A stretch of 47,411 nucleotides of DNA from an uncultured Deinococcales bacterium. Lineage in GTDB: Bacteria; Deinococcota; Deinococci; Deinococcales; JAAFIG01. The stretch spans positions 1-47,411 of the forward strand of contig CAXTKV010000011.1 in assembly GCA_964244895.1 (NCBI GenBank), given 5' to 3'. Both the position numbers and the translations under genes were made by a program. The notes under the pieces were generated by a model. That model was not told where the DNA came from, did no database searches, and saw only the letters and a list, made by a program, of their open reading frames with translations. Positions 19,596-30,777 of the stretch are shown here, piece by piece. The first letter of the stretch is position 1. Every line of letters begins with the position of its first letter.

Positions 19596-21575
19596 TCAGG
19601 ATCGCGCAGCGTGCAGCGCCAGCGCAATCGCGTCCGGATCGTAAACGCAGCCGCCCCAGACGCCGCCGCTGGCCTGCTGAAGCGCAGCCCAGAGCCTCGT
19701 ATCGTCCGGCAATAGGGGATGCGCCGTCAGGTCGGTGCGAGCCGGACGCTCCGCCAGCACTCGAGCGCCCGTGGTGGCATCGAAGCGCTGTTCGCCCTGA
19801 CCGACGAAGTTAACCGTACCCGTCATGCGCTCGCGGTCGATCACGATCTCGATCCAGTCGCCGTCCTGCAACTTGCCGATCGGCCCGCCCGCCAGCGCTT
19901 CGGGGCTGACGTGCCCGATGCACGCGCCCGTGCTGACGCCAGAAAAACGCGCGTCCGTGATGACCGCGACTTCCTTGCCCCAGGAAAGGTGCTTGAGGGC
20001 GCTCGTAACCTGGTAGGTCTCCTCCATGCCCGTGCCCATCGGCCCACCGCAGATCAGGACGATCACGTCACCGGGTTTGATCGCAACCTGTCCGGCGCGC
20101 CCCTTGATGGCCGCCACCGCGTCGCGCTCGCGGGTGAAGACCCGCGCTGGCCCGAGCTTGCGGTAGACGCCGTGCGCGTCCACCAGGCTCAAATCGAGGC
20201 TGGTGCTTTTGACCAACGACCCGTCCGGCGCGAGGTTCCCGGACGGGAAGGTCACGGTGCTGGTCAATCCGCGCGACCTGGCGCGCTGTGGCGAGAGGAT
20301 CACGTCGTCTGGATCGATGCCATCCTGTCGGCGCAGCACCTCGCGAAACGCGCTGCGCCGCTCCGAGCGCTCCCACCAGTCCAGGTTTTCGCCCACCGTC
20401 CGACCGCTGACGGTCATCGCCCCCAGGTGCAGCAAGCCCAGGTTCCGCAATTTGAGCATCACCTCGGGCACGCCACCCGTCAGGAAGACGCGCACGGTCG
20501 GATGGTTCTGCGGGCCGTTCGGCAGCGCGTCCACCAGCCGGGGCGTGCGCTGGTTGACCGCGCGCCAATCCTCGACCTTCGGGCGCTCCAGACCCGCCGC
20601 GTGGGCGATGGCGGGCACGTGCAACAACAAATTGGTCGAACCGCCGAAGGCCGCGTGAACCACCATCGCGTTGTGAACGGATTCCGCCGTCAGGATATCG
20701 CGGGTGCTCAATCCATTTTCGATCAAGCCCAGCGCGGCTCGGGCGCTCGCCCGAGCAATCTCGAGCCAGACGGCCTGCCCGCTCGGAGCCAACGCAGAGT
20801 GCGGCAAGGCCAGCCCGAGCGCTTCGGCCACCACCTGCGAGGTCGCCGCCGTGCCCAGGAACTGGCAGCCCCCGCCCGGCGAGGCGCACGCCCGGCAGCC
20901 GAGTTCGCTGGCGGCCTCGAGCGTGATCTCGCCCTGCGCGAACCGCGCACCGATGGTCTGAATCTTGCCCGCGTCTTCGCCGTCCTCCGGCGGCAGCGTC
21001 ACGCCGCCCGGCACCAGCACGCACGGCAAATCGGGCGTGCCCGCCAGCGCCATCATCATGGCCGGAAGGCCCTTGTCGCAGGTGGCGATGCCGATCACGG
21101 CGGCCCGCGTGGGCAGGGAGCGGATCAGGCGTCGAAAGACGATGGCCGCATCGTTGCGGTACGGCAAACTGTCGAACATTCCCGGCGTGCCCTGGGTGCG
21201 CCCATCGCACGGGTCGGAGACGTACCCGGCGAACGGGATCGAACCCGCTGCACGAAGCGTCTCGGCGGCAGCGCGGGTCATCAACCCGACCTCCCAGTGA
21301 CCCGTATGGTAGCCCAGCGCGATCGGTTGCCCATCCTCGGCGCGCATTCCGCCCTGGGTGCTGAGCAACAGCACCTGAGGCCCCAACAGCAGGCTGGGAT
21401 TCCAGCCCATGCCGACGTTCTGGCTCAGTCCGAACAGGTCGCCGCTCGGCGAGTTCAGGAGCGACTGCTCGGTCAAGGGCAACGAACCGGACGCACCAGG
21501 TGCTCGGGTTTGCACGTCTGTCAGATGGCGCGTGTCACCGATCAGATTCTCGAGGTCTCGCAACGTGATTCCCAC
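19596..21575 (-). CDS. YjhG/YagF family D-xylonate dehydratase (IlvD/Edd family)
   Basis: [44 protein letters not shown] motifs. Confidence 0.88.
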   Translation of the reverse strand: MGITLRDLENLIGDTRHLTDVQTRAPGASGSLPLTEQSLLNSPSGDLFGLSQNVGMGWNPSLLLGPQVLLLSTQGGMRAEDGQPIALGYHTGHWEVGLMTRAAAETLRAAGSIPFAGYVSDPCDGRTQGTPGMFDSLPYRNDAAIVFRRLIRSLPTRAAVIGIATCDKGLPAMMMALAGTPDLPCVLVPGGVTLPPEDGEDAGKIQTIGARFAQGEITLEAASELGCRACASPGGGCQFLGTAATSQVVAEALGLALPHSALAPSGQAVWLEIARASARAALGLIENGLSTRDILTAESVHNAMVVHAAFGGSTNLLLHVPAIAHAAGLERPKVEDWRAVNQRTPRLVDALPNGPQNHPTVRVFLTGGVPEVMLKLRNLGLLHLGAMTVSGRTVGENLDWWERSERRSAFREVLRRQDGIDPDDVILSPQRARSRGLTSTVTFPSGNLAPDGSLVKSTSLDLSLVDAHGVYRKLGPARVFTRERDAVAAIKGRAGQVAIKPGDVIVLICGGPMGTGMEETYQVTSALKHLSWGKEVAVITDARFSGVSTGACIGHVSPEALAGGPIGKLQDGDWIEIVIDRERMTGTVNFVGQGEQRFDATTGARVLAERPARTDLTAHPLLPDDTRLWAALQQASGGVWGGCVYDPDAIALALHAARS

Positions 21576-21795
21576 CTTTCGGTGCGCGGCTGGCGCGGTG
21601 TCCGGATTGAATTCAATGTCAGAACGTTCGTACTGGCGTGCTCGAGAATACGCGCTCGGGATGGTTCGTTCGGGTTCCTCTCATGTATTCGTCCTGGGAC
21701 GATCTTGGCGGGGCAAGCCAGGTGACTGCGCTCTCGAGAAACCCTCAGCCCATCCTGCCGCGCGAGGTCTGTGGTCGCGCGCGGTCTCGAGAAAA

Positions 21796-21837
21796 CACCG
21801 TCCGGTACGCATGTGCAAATACGCGTGCTGGACAGTG
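21796..21837. repeat. dyad element (spacing 25)
   Basis: CGTCCGGTACG / CGTGCTGGACA. Confidence 0.85.
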
Positions 21838-22036
21838 TTCCCATGCGTGACCCGTTCGAGCAAACCATCACCTACCCCGGTTATCCGTGCGCACCAGAAT
21901 AATCCGGTATCCCGATCAGCAAACGCCCGCACGGATCAAGGTCGAGCATGTCCGCGCCGAAAGCGTTTGACAAGTGGGCTTCCAATTCTTAGATTGCACC
22001 CGAACCCCTCGAGCCATCCGCACAGATCGGAACCCC

Positions 22037-22717
<681 letters not shown>

Positions 22718-22736
22718 AGGCGAGCAATCTCGAGAA

Positions 22737-22778
22737 GACCGTCCAGCGCACGAATCAAATCTCGCGTGCTGGACGGTC
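22737..22778. repeat. dyad element (spacing 25)
   Basis: CGTCCAGCGCA / CGTGCTGGACG. Confidence 0.85.
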
Positions 22779-22883
22779 TTCCTGAGACACTCGATAAGCC
22801 TGGCTCGAGATACGCAGGCCGGGCGCGACGGGTCAACGCAACGAAGGTTGGGGGCGCGAACACAAAAGTTTGTAGGCTCAGGT

Positions 22884-24044
22884 GTGAACGAATTGCACGC
22901 CTCGAAACTGGCACAAGCGCAGAGAATGCTCCAGCCCGGTCAGGTCTGGCTGATCGCGGCACGCGAGAGCCTGGAGCGACCGGAACCCGGCCTGAGGCTG
23001 GTGGTCGGTGCGCACGTCACCTGGGATTCTTTTTTCCTGGTGACGCGGGACGCCGCCATCGCCATCGTCGGGCGCTACGATGCGGAATCAATCGGCGCGC
23101 CGTGGCGCACGATTCCTTACGACGAGGACGCTGGCCCGGTTTTGCGGGCGGAACTGAGGGCGCTCGAGCCGCAAACCGTGCTGCTCGATTTCTCGAGCGA
23201 CGACCCCTTGTCGGACGGCTTGACGCACGGCCTGTACCTGCGCTTGATCGAACTGCTGCCGGACGTGAAGTTCTCGAGCGCTTCAGGTTTTCTGGGTTCT
23301 CTGCGTTCCCGCAAAACCCCGATGGAACAGGCCGCCATTCGCGAGGCCGTAAACCGCGCCGAGGCCGACCTGAACGCGATGGTGAACGCCATTCGGGTCG
23401 GCTGGTCCGAGCGCGACGTGGCGCGGTTCCTGCACGAACGCCTGCGCGCGGACGGCTGCGAGCCATCGTGGGGCTGGGAGGGTTGCCCGACCGTCAAGAT
23501 TGGGCCGGTGCAACCGTCCCACGCGGGGCCGACGGATCGGCAGATCAGGCCCGGCCTGTTCATGCACATCGATTACGGTGCGCGCATGCCGCACGGCTAC
23601 TGTTCAGACATTCAGCGCGTGTACTACTGGCCAGAACCCGATCGGGACGACATCCCATCCGAACTCGAGCGGGCGTTCAAGGCGGCCTGGGACGCCATCG
23701 AGGTCGCGTCGCAGGTCTTGCGTCCCGGCGCGCAGGGTTTCGAGGTGGACGCCGCCGCCCGCGCCAGCCTGGTATCGGCGGGCTACCCGGAGTACATGCA
23801 CGCCGTCGGGCACGGCCTGGGGCGCGCCACGCACGACGGCGGCACGCTGCTCGGCCCGAGGTGGGCGCGGTACGGCTCGAAACCCGATGGGATCGTCGCT
23901 GAGGGCGAGGTCTACACGCTGGAATTGGGCGCGTTCGTCGAGGGGTTCGGCTACGTGGGGCTCGAGGAGGACGTGGTGGTGCGCATGGATGGCGTGGAAT
24001 GGTTATCGGACCGTCAGAACGCGATCCGAATTCTGGGACGCTGA
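22884..24044 (+). CDS. M24 (Xaa-Pro) family metallopeptidase
   Basis: IDYG..GYCSDIQR, HAVGHGLG, LEEDVVV motifs; TAGGCT 5 nt before GTG. Confidence 0.88.
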   Translation: MNELHASKLAQAQRMLQPGQVWLIAARESLERPEPGLRLVVGAHVTWDSFFLVTRDAAIAIVGRYDAESIGAPWRTIPYDEDAGPVLRAELRALEPQTVLLDFSSDDPLSDGLTHGLYLRLIELLPDVKFSSASGFLGSLRSRKTPMEQAAIREAVNRAEADLNAMVNAIRVGWSERDVARFLHERLRADGCEPSWGWEGCPTVKIGPVQPSHAGPTDRQIRPGLFMHIDYGARMPHGYCSDIQRVYYWPEPDRDDIPSELERAFKAAWDAIEVASQVLRPGAQGFEVDAAARASLVSAGYPEYMHAVGHGLGRATHDGGTLLGPRWARYGSKPDGIVAEGEVYTLELGAFVEGFGYVGLEEDVVVRMDGVEWLSDRQNAIRILGR

Positions 24045-24048
24045 AGAA

Positions 24049-24100
24049 CACCGTCCCGGACGCGAATCTGAAGGCTCGAGAAACGTCGTGCTAGACGGTC
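24049..24100. repeat. dyad element (spacing 35)
   Basis: CGTCCCGGACG / CGTGCTAGACG. Confidence 0.85.
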
Positions 24101-24166
24101 TTCTCGAGTGGCACCAGCCGGAATCAACGAACCGAATTTCTCGAGCCGTGACCGTCTTCTCGAGGC

Positions 24167-24856
24167 TTAGACGAGGTACTCCAGGGGCGGGTGATGACCG
24201 CGCTGGATTGAAAAACGCTCGGCGTACTTGACCCCGACGGATTGCCCCAGCGCGGCGCGACCGGAACGGTACTGCTCACTGGTCCATTCCCAGCCGTAAA
24301 ATTCCGCGTAGAAATCGCGAATCTTGACGGCGGGCTCGAGAAAATCCGAGACATCGACGTGAACCACCGGGCGCGCGTTTTCAATCGGCGCGTACTGGTA
24401 GAAGGTCACGGGTTTGCGGTGCGCCTCGAGGTGATCGTGTCCACCATCGCGCACGACCTTCGGGATTCGCGCCAGCGTCAGCGCGTCGAAGGCGACCTTG
24501 GCGGTCGTGCGGTGATCCGGGTGACGATTGAAATCGTCCCAGGTGATGATCGCGTCGGGTTTCCACTCGCAGTACAAGCGCGCCATCTCGAGGGCTTCGG
24601 CGCGGTCACCCTTGACGTGCGTGTCGCCGAAATCGAAAAATCGGTATTCCGCGCCCAGGATTTCCGCCACGTAGCGCCCGTGTTCCTCGCGGACTTTCTT
24701 GACTTCATCGTGTGTTTTTCCCTCGAAGTGGGACGCGTTCTCGCCGTAAGTCGTCCAGACGAGCATCACCTCGTCTCCTCTGGCGCGGTGCTTGGCGAGG
24801 GTGGCGCAGCAACCCATTTCGTCGTCCGGGTGGGCAAAAACCGCCATGATCTTCAT
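24167..24856 (-). CDS. PIG-L family deacetylase
   Basis: AHPDDE and HPDH motifs; TAGAAT 7 nt before ATG. Confidence 0.9.
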   Translation of the reverse strand: MKIMAVFAHPDDEMGCCATLAKHRARGDEVMLVWTTYGENASHFEGKTHDEVKKVREEHGRYVAEILGAEYRFFDFGDTHVKGDRAEALEMARLYCEWKPDAIITWDDFNRHPDHRTTAKVAFDALTLARIPKVVRDGGHDHLEAHRKPVTFYQYAPIENARPVVHVDVSDFLEPAVKIRDFYAEFYGWEWTSEQYRSGRAALGQSVGVKYAERFSIQRGHHPPLEYLV

Positions 24857-24937
24857 GGGCGATATTCTAAGCGCAGGGGCTCGAGATGCACACGTATTTC
24901 TGGTTACGCGGCGAAACGCGAATCCCGAGAACACCGT

Positions 24938-25513
24938 TCAGGACGAGAGATTCGGTTGCCGCAACGTCTTTAGGTACGTGTTGCGGTGCGGCCAGGTCGG
25001 GCCGGGCGGCGGTGGCACGCGGGCGGCATCGGCGGGTGTGGTCGCGCGGCGGCGGGTCAGTTCCAGCTTCAGGCTCTCGAGGCCGCGCGCCATCGCCCAG
25101 TGGTGGTTGGCGGAAAAGAGGGGTTTCATCAGGAACGACAGGTATTTCAAAAAGGGCTGATCGGCGCGAATCGACCAGTCGTAGACGATATCGACCATCT
25201 CAGCGTCCTGGGTGAACGTCCAGATGCCGCGCCCGACGAAATCGCCGAAGGCGGTGATCGTGAAGCCGTGCGGCGCGTCGGATTGGGTGACGCGGAACTG
25301 CCAGCGCAGCGTGTACGGCAACCAGCCTTTGGTGTACAGGGCCACAACCTTGCCGATGCCGCGATCATCGCCGGGTTCCAGAACCTTGACTTCCAGGTAG
25401 ACGCTCGGCCACCAGCGTTCCAGGTCGGTCGCGTCGCCCAGGATGCTCGAGACTTCCTGAACGGTGCTTTCGACGCGCCAGCGCGTCACGAAACGGTAAT
25501 CGTTGCTCGCCAT
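24938..25513 (-). CDS. SRPBCC/polyketide cyclase-like protein
   Basis: YRFVTRWRV...WWPSVYL...FSANHHWAMARG; GGAGGAG RBS. Confidence 0.8.
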   Translation of the reverse strand: MASNDYRFVTRWRVESTVQEVSSILGDATDLERWWPSVYLEVKVLEPGDDRGIGKVVALYTKGWLPYTLRWQFRVTQSDAPHGFTITAFGDFVGRGIWTFTQDAEMVDIVYDWSIRADQPFLKYLSFLMKPLFSANHHWAMARGLESLKLELTRRRATTPADAARVPPPPGPTWPHRNTYLKTLRQPNLSS

Positions 25514-25555
25514 TCGCTCCTCCTCGGTCGTCGAAGATGCCATCGTGCGATTGCT

Positions 25556-25597
25556 GGTGTGTACGTGTCGGTGTGTACGTGTCGGTGTGTACGCGTC
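25556..25597. repeat. 14-bp tandem repeat x3
   Basis: GGTGTGTACGTGTC x2 plus GGTGTGTACGCGTC. Confidence 0.9.
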
Positions 25598-25873
25598 GGC
25601 CAAAGAAACCGGATTGCTGCGCGAGATGATTTCGTACTGTAGACCATTCCAAAAAAACAGGGCGCGAACGAGATCGCCCATCCAACCGTGAGGCTCGAAA
25701 GATGGCGTCCGAGACGATGCGCGCGTCTCGATTCCAATCGGTTCAAACCCTTTTAAATGAGCTTGATGTGAAACGCCTACGATTTCCTCAGATCCCTCTC
25801 GGGCGGCGCAGACCCGGTCGACGCCCGAAAACTGATCGATCCCCGGCGACAAACCGGGGATTTCGCCTGAAAT

Positions 25874-25916
25874 CATCGTCCGGCGCGCGGTCCAAAGAAT
25901 GCCGTCTGGGACGGTG
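25874..25916. repeat. dyad element (spacing 26, degenerate)
   Basis: CGTCCGGCGCG / CGTCTGGGACG. Confidence 0.7.
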
Positions 25917-25935
25917 TTCTTTAGCTCAGATCGCG

Positions 25936-26214
25936 CTAATTCAGATCGCGCTGCGTTCGCGCCATCTCGAGTTCATCCAGCACCTGCCAGATCGGCATGG
26001 AAAAATGGTGCGGCTCGAGCCTCAGGCCGTACACGCCCAGGCAGCGTTCCATCAATTCTTCGCGCGTCAGGACGCCATCGAAATCGGCCAGGTGCGATTC
26101 GTCGGACACGAACGCCCACGGCAAACCCAGCACCTCGCGCAGGAAGCGTTCCAGAGCCACCTGACGCTGTTCGGTCTGGGTCGCCGGGGCGAAACGGAGG
26201 TCGGCTTCGTCCAT
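25936..26214 (-). CDS. hypothetical protein (92 aa)
   Basis: ORF starting directly after the upstream stop; WAFVSDES segment. Confidence 0.6.
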   Translation of the reverse strand: MDEADLRFAPATQTEQRQVALERFLREVLGLPWAFVSDESHLADFDGVLTREELMERCLGVYGLRLEPHHFSMPIWQVLDELEMARTQRDLN

Positions 26215-26215
26215 G

Positions 26216-26785
26216 TCAGACGGGCGCGGCATCCGCCGCGGGCCGCAGTTTTTCCCAACGCTGGCGTTCGCGCGCGTCCAGGTCGATCTCGAGCAAGCGC
26301 AAGAGCGCGTCCAGGTCATCCCAGAGCATCGTGGGCAGCGCGCACATCTCTGGGGTCGTCAGGCGGAAGGTCTGATCCTCGAGCTGGGGCTGATCGTCCG
26401 TCTCGAGGATCGTCAGTTCGATCCCGTCACCATCGCGGGCCACGCCGAGCGTCGAATCCTTGAAACCCAGCGTCACGACCGCCTCGTACTCACCCTGCCA
26501 GCGGTAGTAGAGGTGGCTGGATCGGCCAAAAGCCGTGCCCAGCACGCGCGAGACCCACGATGAACGCCCGTGAACGGCGTATTCGGCCAGTTCCGTCAAG
26601 GGTTCCAGCGCGTGCTTCAACGGCGAGACGCAACCAAGCCTGAGGGGTTCCGCCGCGCCGATCTCGATTTCCAGCAGGCCGGAGACGTTCCACAATTCCG
26701 GCAGTTTGCGCGACGACGCATCGCGCGCGAGCTGCCGCAGCATGGACTCGCCGTTCTGATCGGGCATGAAGCGCACGGAGGACAC
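26216..26785 (-). CDS. hypothetical protein (189 aa)
   Basis: Protein-like ORF; TACGAT 6 nt before GTG. Confidence 0.6.
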   Translation of the reverse strand: MSSVRFMPDQNGESMLRQLARDASSRKLPELWNVSGLLEIEIGAAEPLRLGCVSPLKHALEPLTELAEYAVHGRSSWVSRVLGTAFGRSSHLYYRWQGEYEAVVTLGFKDSTLGVARDGDGIELTILETDDQPQLEDQTFRLTTPEMCALPTMLWDDLDALLRLLEIDLDARERQRWEKLRPAADAAPV

Positions 26786-26863
26786 GGGATCATCGTAACA
26801 ACTCGCGGATTGGTTGTGCTCGCGTTCAGGTTACACCGCACGGTTTTTGTCCGGTCGCACGCC

Positions 26864-26923
26864 CTCGAGTGGCGGATGCTCGAGTCCCGATCTCGAGTCG
26901 CGATCTCGAGTCAAGGTCTCGAG
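26864..26923. repeat. cluster of five CTCGAG with 13-15 bp period
   Basis: CTCGAG at 26864, 26879, 26892, 26905, 26918. Confidence 0.85.
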
Positions 26924-26953
26924 CATTGAAGCTTAAAGGGGCAAAGTTCGGCG

Positions 26954-27005
26954 CACCGTCCCGGACACGGTTTTCTTGGTCGCAAAAACACCGTCCCAGA
27001 CGGTG
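26954..27005. repeat. dyad element (spacing 35)
   Basis: CGTCCCGGACA / CGTCCCAGACG. Confidence 0.85.
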
Positions 27006-27041
27006 TTCGCCGGGTATGCCACCTCGGGGTAGACTGTCGCG

Positions 27042-28352
27042 GTGAAGCTCTACCGGGCCGCAATAGCGCACACGCCGCGCAATCCGTTCGAGCAGCCGGA
27101 CGCGCTCGAAGCCATCCAGGACGGCGGCGTGGTCGTGCAGGACACCAGAATTCTGGCGACCGACCATTTCGTGAAGCTCACGGCGGCCTTCCCGGACGCG
27201 GAAATCGTCGATCTCAGGCCGGGTTTTTTGCTGCCCGGATTCGTGGACTGCCACGTCCACTTCCCGCAAATCGCGGTCATCGGCGCGATGGGTTTGCGCT
27301 TGCTGGACTGGCTCGAGACGCGCACGCTACCGTTCGAGGCCAGACTGGCCGACACGGATTTCGCCCGAGACGTGGCCAAGGACTTCCTGACGCACTTGGC
27401 GCGCAACGGCACGACCACCGCGTTGGTCTTCGGATCGCACTTCAAAGACGCCACGCGCGCGTTCTTTCAGGAGGCCGAGCAGAGCGGGTTGCGGATCACG
27501 TCCGGGATGGTCTTTTCAGACCGGATGCTGCGCGCGGAATTGCACCAGACGCCGCAACACGCCCTGGAATCCGGCATGGAACTGATTCACGATTGGCACG
27601 GTCGCGGCAGGTTGCGGTACGCCGTCATGCCGCGCTTCAGTTTGTCCTGCTCGGACGCGATGCTCGAGGTCTGCCGGACGCTTCTGGAATCCAGCCCCGG
27701 ATTGTTCTTTCACACGCACATCAACGAGAACGCACGCGAGATACAAACCGTGCTTGAACTTTTTGCGGACGCGAAGGATTACCTGGAAACCTACGAAAAG
27801 CACGCGCTGGTCACGCGCCACAGCGTCTTCGCGCACAGCGTCCACCCTACAGATTCCGAATTGACCCGCCTGGCTCGGGCGGGCTCGAGCATCGCGCACT
27901 GCGCCAGCAGCAACGCCTTTATCGGGTCGGGATTGTTCCCGATGCGCCGCCACCTCGATCGCGGCGTGCGCGTCGCGCTGGGTTCGGACGTGGGCGGCGG
28001 CACGGGATTGAGCATGCTCAAGGAAGGCTTGCAGGCCTACCAGACGCAGATGCAGCGCAGCGCCACGTCGGAAGACGATGGCGTGCCGCTCGATCCGGCG
28101 CGTCTCCTTTACCTGGCCACCCGCGCCGGAGCCGACGCGCTGGAACTGCCCGAGATCGGGGATTTCAGCCCCGGCAAAATGTTCGATGCCGTGCTGATCC
28201 AGCCCCGCGCGAGCAGCACGCTCGAGCGCACGCTGTCACTTTCACCCGACCTCGAGGCCGCGCTCGGTTCCATCTTCACGCTCGCCAACGAGGATTGCGT
28301 AGCCCGAGTCTGGGTCGGCGGCGATGACGTGCTCGAGCGACTGCGCACCTGA
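27042..28352 (+). CDS. guaD: guanine deaminase
   Basis: PGFVDCHVHFPQ, PRFSLSCS, HTHINEN, GSDVGGGT motifs. Confidence 0.9.
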   Translation: MKLYRAAIAHTPRNPFEQPDALEAIQDGGVVVQDTRILATDHFVKLTAAFPDAEIVDLRPGFLLPGFVDCHVHFPQIAVIGAMGLRLLDWLETRTLPFEARLADTDFARDVAKDFLTHLARNGTTTALVFGSHFKDATRAFFQEAEQSGLRITSGMVFSDRMLRAELHQTPQHALESGMELIHDWHGRGRLRYAVMPRFSLSCSDAMLEVCRTLLESSPGLFFHTHINENAREIQTVLELFADAKDYLETYEKHALVTRHSVFAHSVHPTDSELTRLARAGSSIAHCASSNAFIGSGLFPMRRHLDRGVRVALGSDVGGGTGLSMLKEGLQAYQTQMQRSATSEDDGVPLDPARLLYLATRAGADALELPEIGDFSPGKMFDAVLIQPRASSTLERTLSLSPDLEAALGSIFTLANEDCVARVWVGGDDVLERLRT

Positions 28353-28457
28353 AGCGCCTCGAGAAACCCGCGCTGTATGCCACGCCTCGGGCGCACCCGA
28401 TCGGAGGTGCTCGCTCGAGATGGCACGCGGGCACAGATACGGTTCGCCCTGCGAGAA

Positions 28458-28499
28458 CACCGTCCGGGACGCAGTTTCAAACTCGCGTCCCGGACGGTG
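28458..28499. repeat. dyad element (spacing 25)
   Basis: CGTCCGGGACG / CGTCCCGGACG. Confidence 0.9.
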
Positions 28500-28561
28500 T
28501 TCTCTCCGAGGGACGCTGGCACTCGAGCGCGTACCGGGTTCGACCTGACTTCTGACCGCCC

Positions 28562-29719
28562 TTAGAGCCCCACGCTCCGCAAGTACGCCAGGAGCGGTTC
28601 CGCGCCCGTGAACATCGCCACCAGCGCGCCGAGCGCCAGGTACGGCCCGAACGGGATGGCGCGGTCGCCGCCCGCGATGCGCTGAATCACGCCGATGACC
28701 GCGCCCAGCACGACGGCGGCGGCCAGACCCATGACGATCCCCTGCCAGCCCAGGAACGCACCGATCACGGCGGCCAGTTTGACATCTCCGAAGCCCATGG
28801 CGACGGGGTCGGCGTCTTCAAATTCTTCAGTGTCTTCTTGCTTGTGGGTCGCCCAATAGATGGCCCAGTACGCGCCCGCGATCAGCGCGACCGCGCCAGC
28901 GCCCGAAAGCGCGCCCTGGACGCTGCCGACGATGCCCGGGCCGTACCCCGCACCGGACAGCGCGATGCTGACCAGCACGCCACCCAGGGTCAGAAAGTCG
29001 GGGATGCGGATGACCCGTCTGGCGATCAGGTTGATGCCGACCGCGACCAGCGCCGCGACCACCGCCCAGACCGGGCCGAACCACGCGCCGACCAGCGCAC
29101 CCAGGTGAATGTGCATGTAGTCGATCGGGAAATCCGGGTGGTTCGGTTCGCGGAATCGGCGCAGCACCCACGCGCCCAGCCCAGCGATCAGCGCCAGCAG
29201 TCCCGCCCCGATCAAAGCGCCGTGCAGGGCCGCGCTGAAATCCGGCAATCCGAGGCTGCTCGAGCCACCAGTAGACCGGACGGGCGCGAGCAACGCGACC
29301 AGCAGACCGATCAGGATCGGCGGCAGGGTCAGCGCGTCCGGCAGGGTTTTCGTGTCCAGGTCGATGCCCGAACCCGCGATCAGCACGGTCAAAAAGAACC
29401 ACAAACCGACCGTGCGCAGTCCGTCATCCAGAATCGGGAACCGCCAGGCGATGGCCAGATACCCGATGGCGGTGATCAATTCCACGACCGGGTAGCGGGC
29501 TGAAATCGGGTGGCCGCAGTAGCGGCACTTGCCGCGCAGGAGCGCCCACGACAGCACGGGCACCAGATCCAGCGCGCCGAGTTGGTGGTCGCAGTTCGGG
29601 CAGTGGCTGGGCGGGAACGCGACGGATTCGCCGCGAGGGATGCGGTAGATCAAGACGTTCGTGAACGATCCGATGAGTGCGCCGAGGACGGCAGCGAAGA
29701 CGAGCATGACGGCTTCCAC
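28562..29719 (-). CDS. pilD: prepilin peptidase (A24)
   Basis: GSFTNV, CPNC...GKCRYC, GFGDVKL, PFGPYL motifs; start at GTG 7 nt after TAAGAT (uncertain). Confidence 0.9.
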   Translation of the reverse strand: MEAVMLVFAAVLGALIGSFTNVLIYRIPRGESVAFPPSHCPNCDHQLGALDLVPVLSWALLRGKCRYCGHPISARYPVVELITAIGYLAIAWRFPILDDGLRTVGLWFFLTVLIAGSGIDLDTKTLPDALTLPPILIGLLVALLAPVRSTGGSSSLGLPDFSAALHGALIGAGLLALIAGLGAWVLRRFREPNHPDFPIDYMHIHLGALVGAWFGPVWAVVAALVAVGINLIARRVIRIPDFLTLGGVLVSIALSGAGYGPGIVGSVQGALSGAGAVALIAGAYWAIYWATHKQEDTEEFEDADPVAMGFGDVKLAAVIGAFLGWQGIVMGLAAAVVLGAVIGVIQRIAGGDRAIPFGPYLALGALVAMFTGAEPLLAYLRSVGL

Positions 29720-29816
29720 GCCCAGCATCTTACGGGCGTTTTTCGGGTTTTTAGGCCGGATTTGCACGCTGCGGCGCTCGGGATCGGGATCGGTCGGCTC
29801 GAGCCGCGAGCGATTT

Positions 29817-29858
29817 CACCGTGCGCGACGAAATGCGATAAATTCGTGCTGGACGGTG
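29817..29858. repeat. dyad element (spacing 25)
   Basis: CGTGCGCGACG / CGTGCTGGACG. Confidence 0.8.
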
Positions 29859-29883
29859 TTCTCGCGTGAAGATCGGCTTAACG

Positions 29884-29912
29884 CCGCCCTCACGAGCGGC
29901 TCGTGAGGGCGG
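29884..29912. promoter_or_regulatory. perfect 14-bp inverted repeat abutting a -10 box
   Basis: CCGCCCTCACGAGC-G-GCTCGTGAGGGCGG, then TAAAAT at 29914. Confidence 0.5.
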
Positions 29913-29925
29913 GTAAAATGATGGA

Positions 29926-30777
29926 ATGAAGCCATTTCGGACTGCATGGATCGCGCTGGTCGCCTCGAGCCTGGGATTGTTACCGAACGTCGCACAGGCC
30001 GCGCCGCTGACCATCGCGGGCGTGACCGTGGACCTGCCCGCGAGCGTCTTGAAGGACGTACCAGCCGAATTGCAGAGCGCGATCAACACTTTTTACACCA
30101 GCGACGCGGCGCACATCGTCACCCCGACGGCGCTGGCGCTCGAGAGCGGCGACGCGGGCGCGCTGGAACGGGCCTTCGCGCAATCGCCAGCGAAACTGCT
30201 GACGATGTCGAAAACCGCGTACCTGGACACGGTTCTGCTGCAATGGCCGATCGGCAGCGCAGAGAGCATCGTCGCGATCGTGTTGCCGCGCGCGCGGCTG
30301 GCGTGGCTGGCGTACCGCAAACCCTCCGATGCGCCGTTCGATGGGCGGATCATCGCGCAAAGGCTGGCGGCATCGCTTCAGACGAAGCTGTACGTCAAGG
30401 CCGACGACCTGGCGACGGCGCTGGGCTGGAAGCTGGTGCGTCCGAGCGTGCCCGATTTCGAGTATCAATTTCAGCGCCCATCCTCGACGGTCGCGCGGGC
30501 GCTCGATCTGTTCAACTGGAGTGTGCCGCGCCTGGATGCCGCGCTGACGCTGGCCAGCGGTTCGGGCGTGAACGGTTTCCTGAGCGCGACCCGAAGCCGC
30601 GTGACGCTGCTCACGCCGCCCGCCCGGATCGGCGCGAGTTCCGATCCGTACCTGGGGCTCGAGGTCGCACAGATTCTGAACGATTGCGCCCTGACCGCCC
30701 TGACGACTGCGAGCGCGACCTACCAATGCGGTTCGGTGGGCAACCCGTTCTCGTTGCCGGTCACGACCAACCAGTAA
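29926..30777 (+). CDS. secreted hypothetical protein
   Basis: Signal peptide ending AQA; TAAAAT 6 nt before ATG. Confidence 0.7.
   Translation: MKPFRTAWIALVASSLGLLPNVAQAAPLTIAGVTVDLPASVLKDVPAELQSAINTFYTSDAAHIVTPTALALESGDAGALERAFAQSPAKLLTMSKTAYLDTVLLQWPIGSAESIVAIVLPRARLAWLAYRKPSDAPFDGRIIAQRLAASLQTKLYVKADDLATALGWKLVRPSVPDFEYQFQRPSSTVARALDLFNWSVPRLDAALTLASGSGVNGFLSATRSRVTLLTPPARIGASSDPYLGLEVAQILNDCALTALTTASATYQCGSVGNPFSLPVTTNQ

Noticed and set aside
19719..21725. Long opposite-strand ORFs (also 33718-35940, 4051-5436, 32182-33693, 15876-17165)
   Set aside because: Antisense shadows of recognisable genes, typical of high-GC DNA.
24928..24945. Single boxes of the dyad family (also 5452, 21690, 31989)
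   Set aside because: No convincing partner box; excluded from the spacing tally as degenerate relics.
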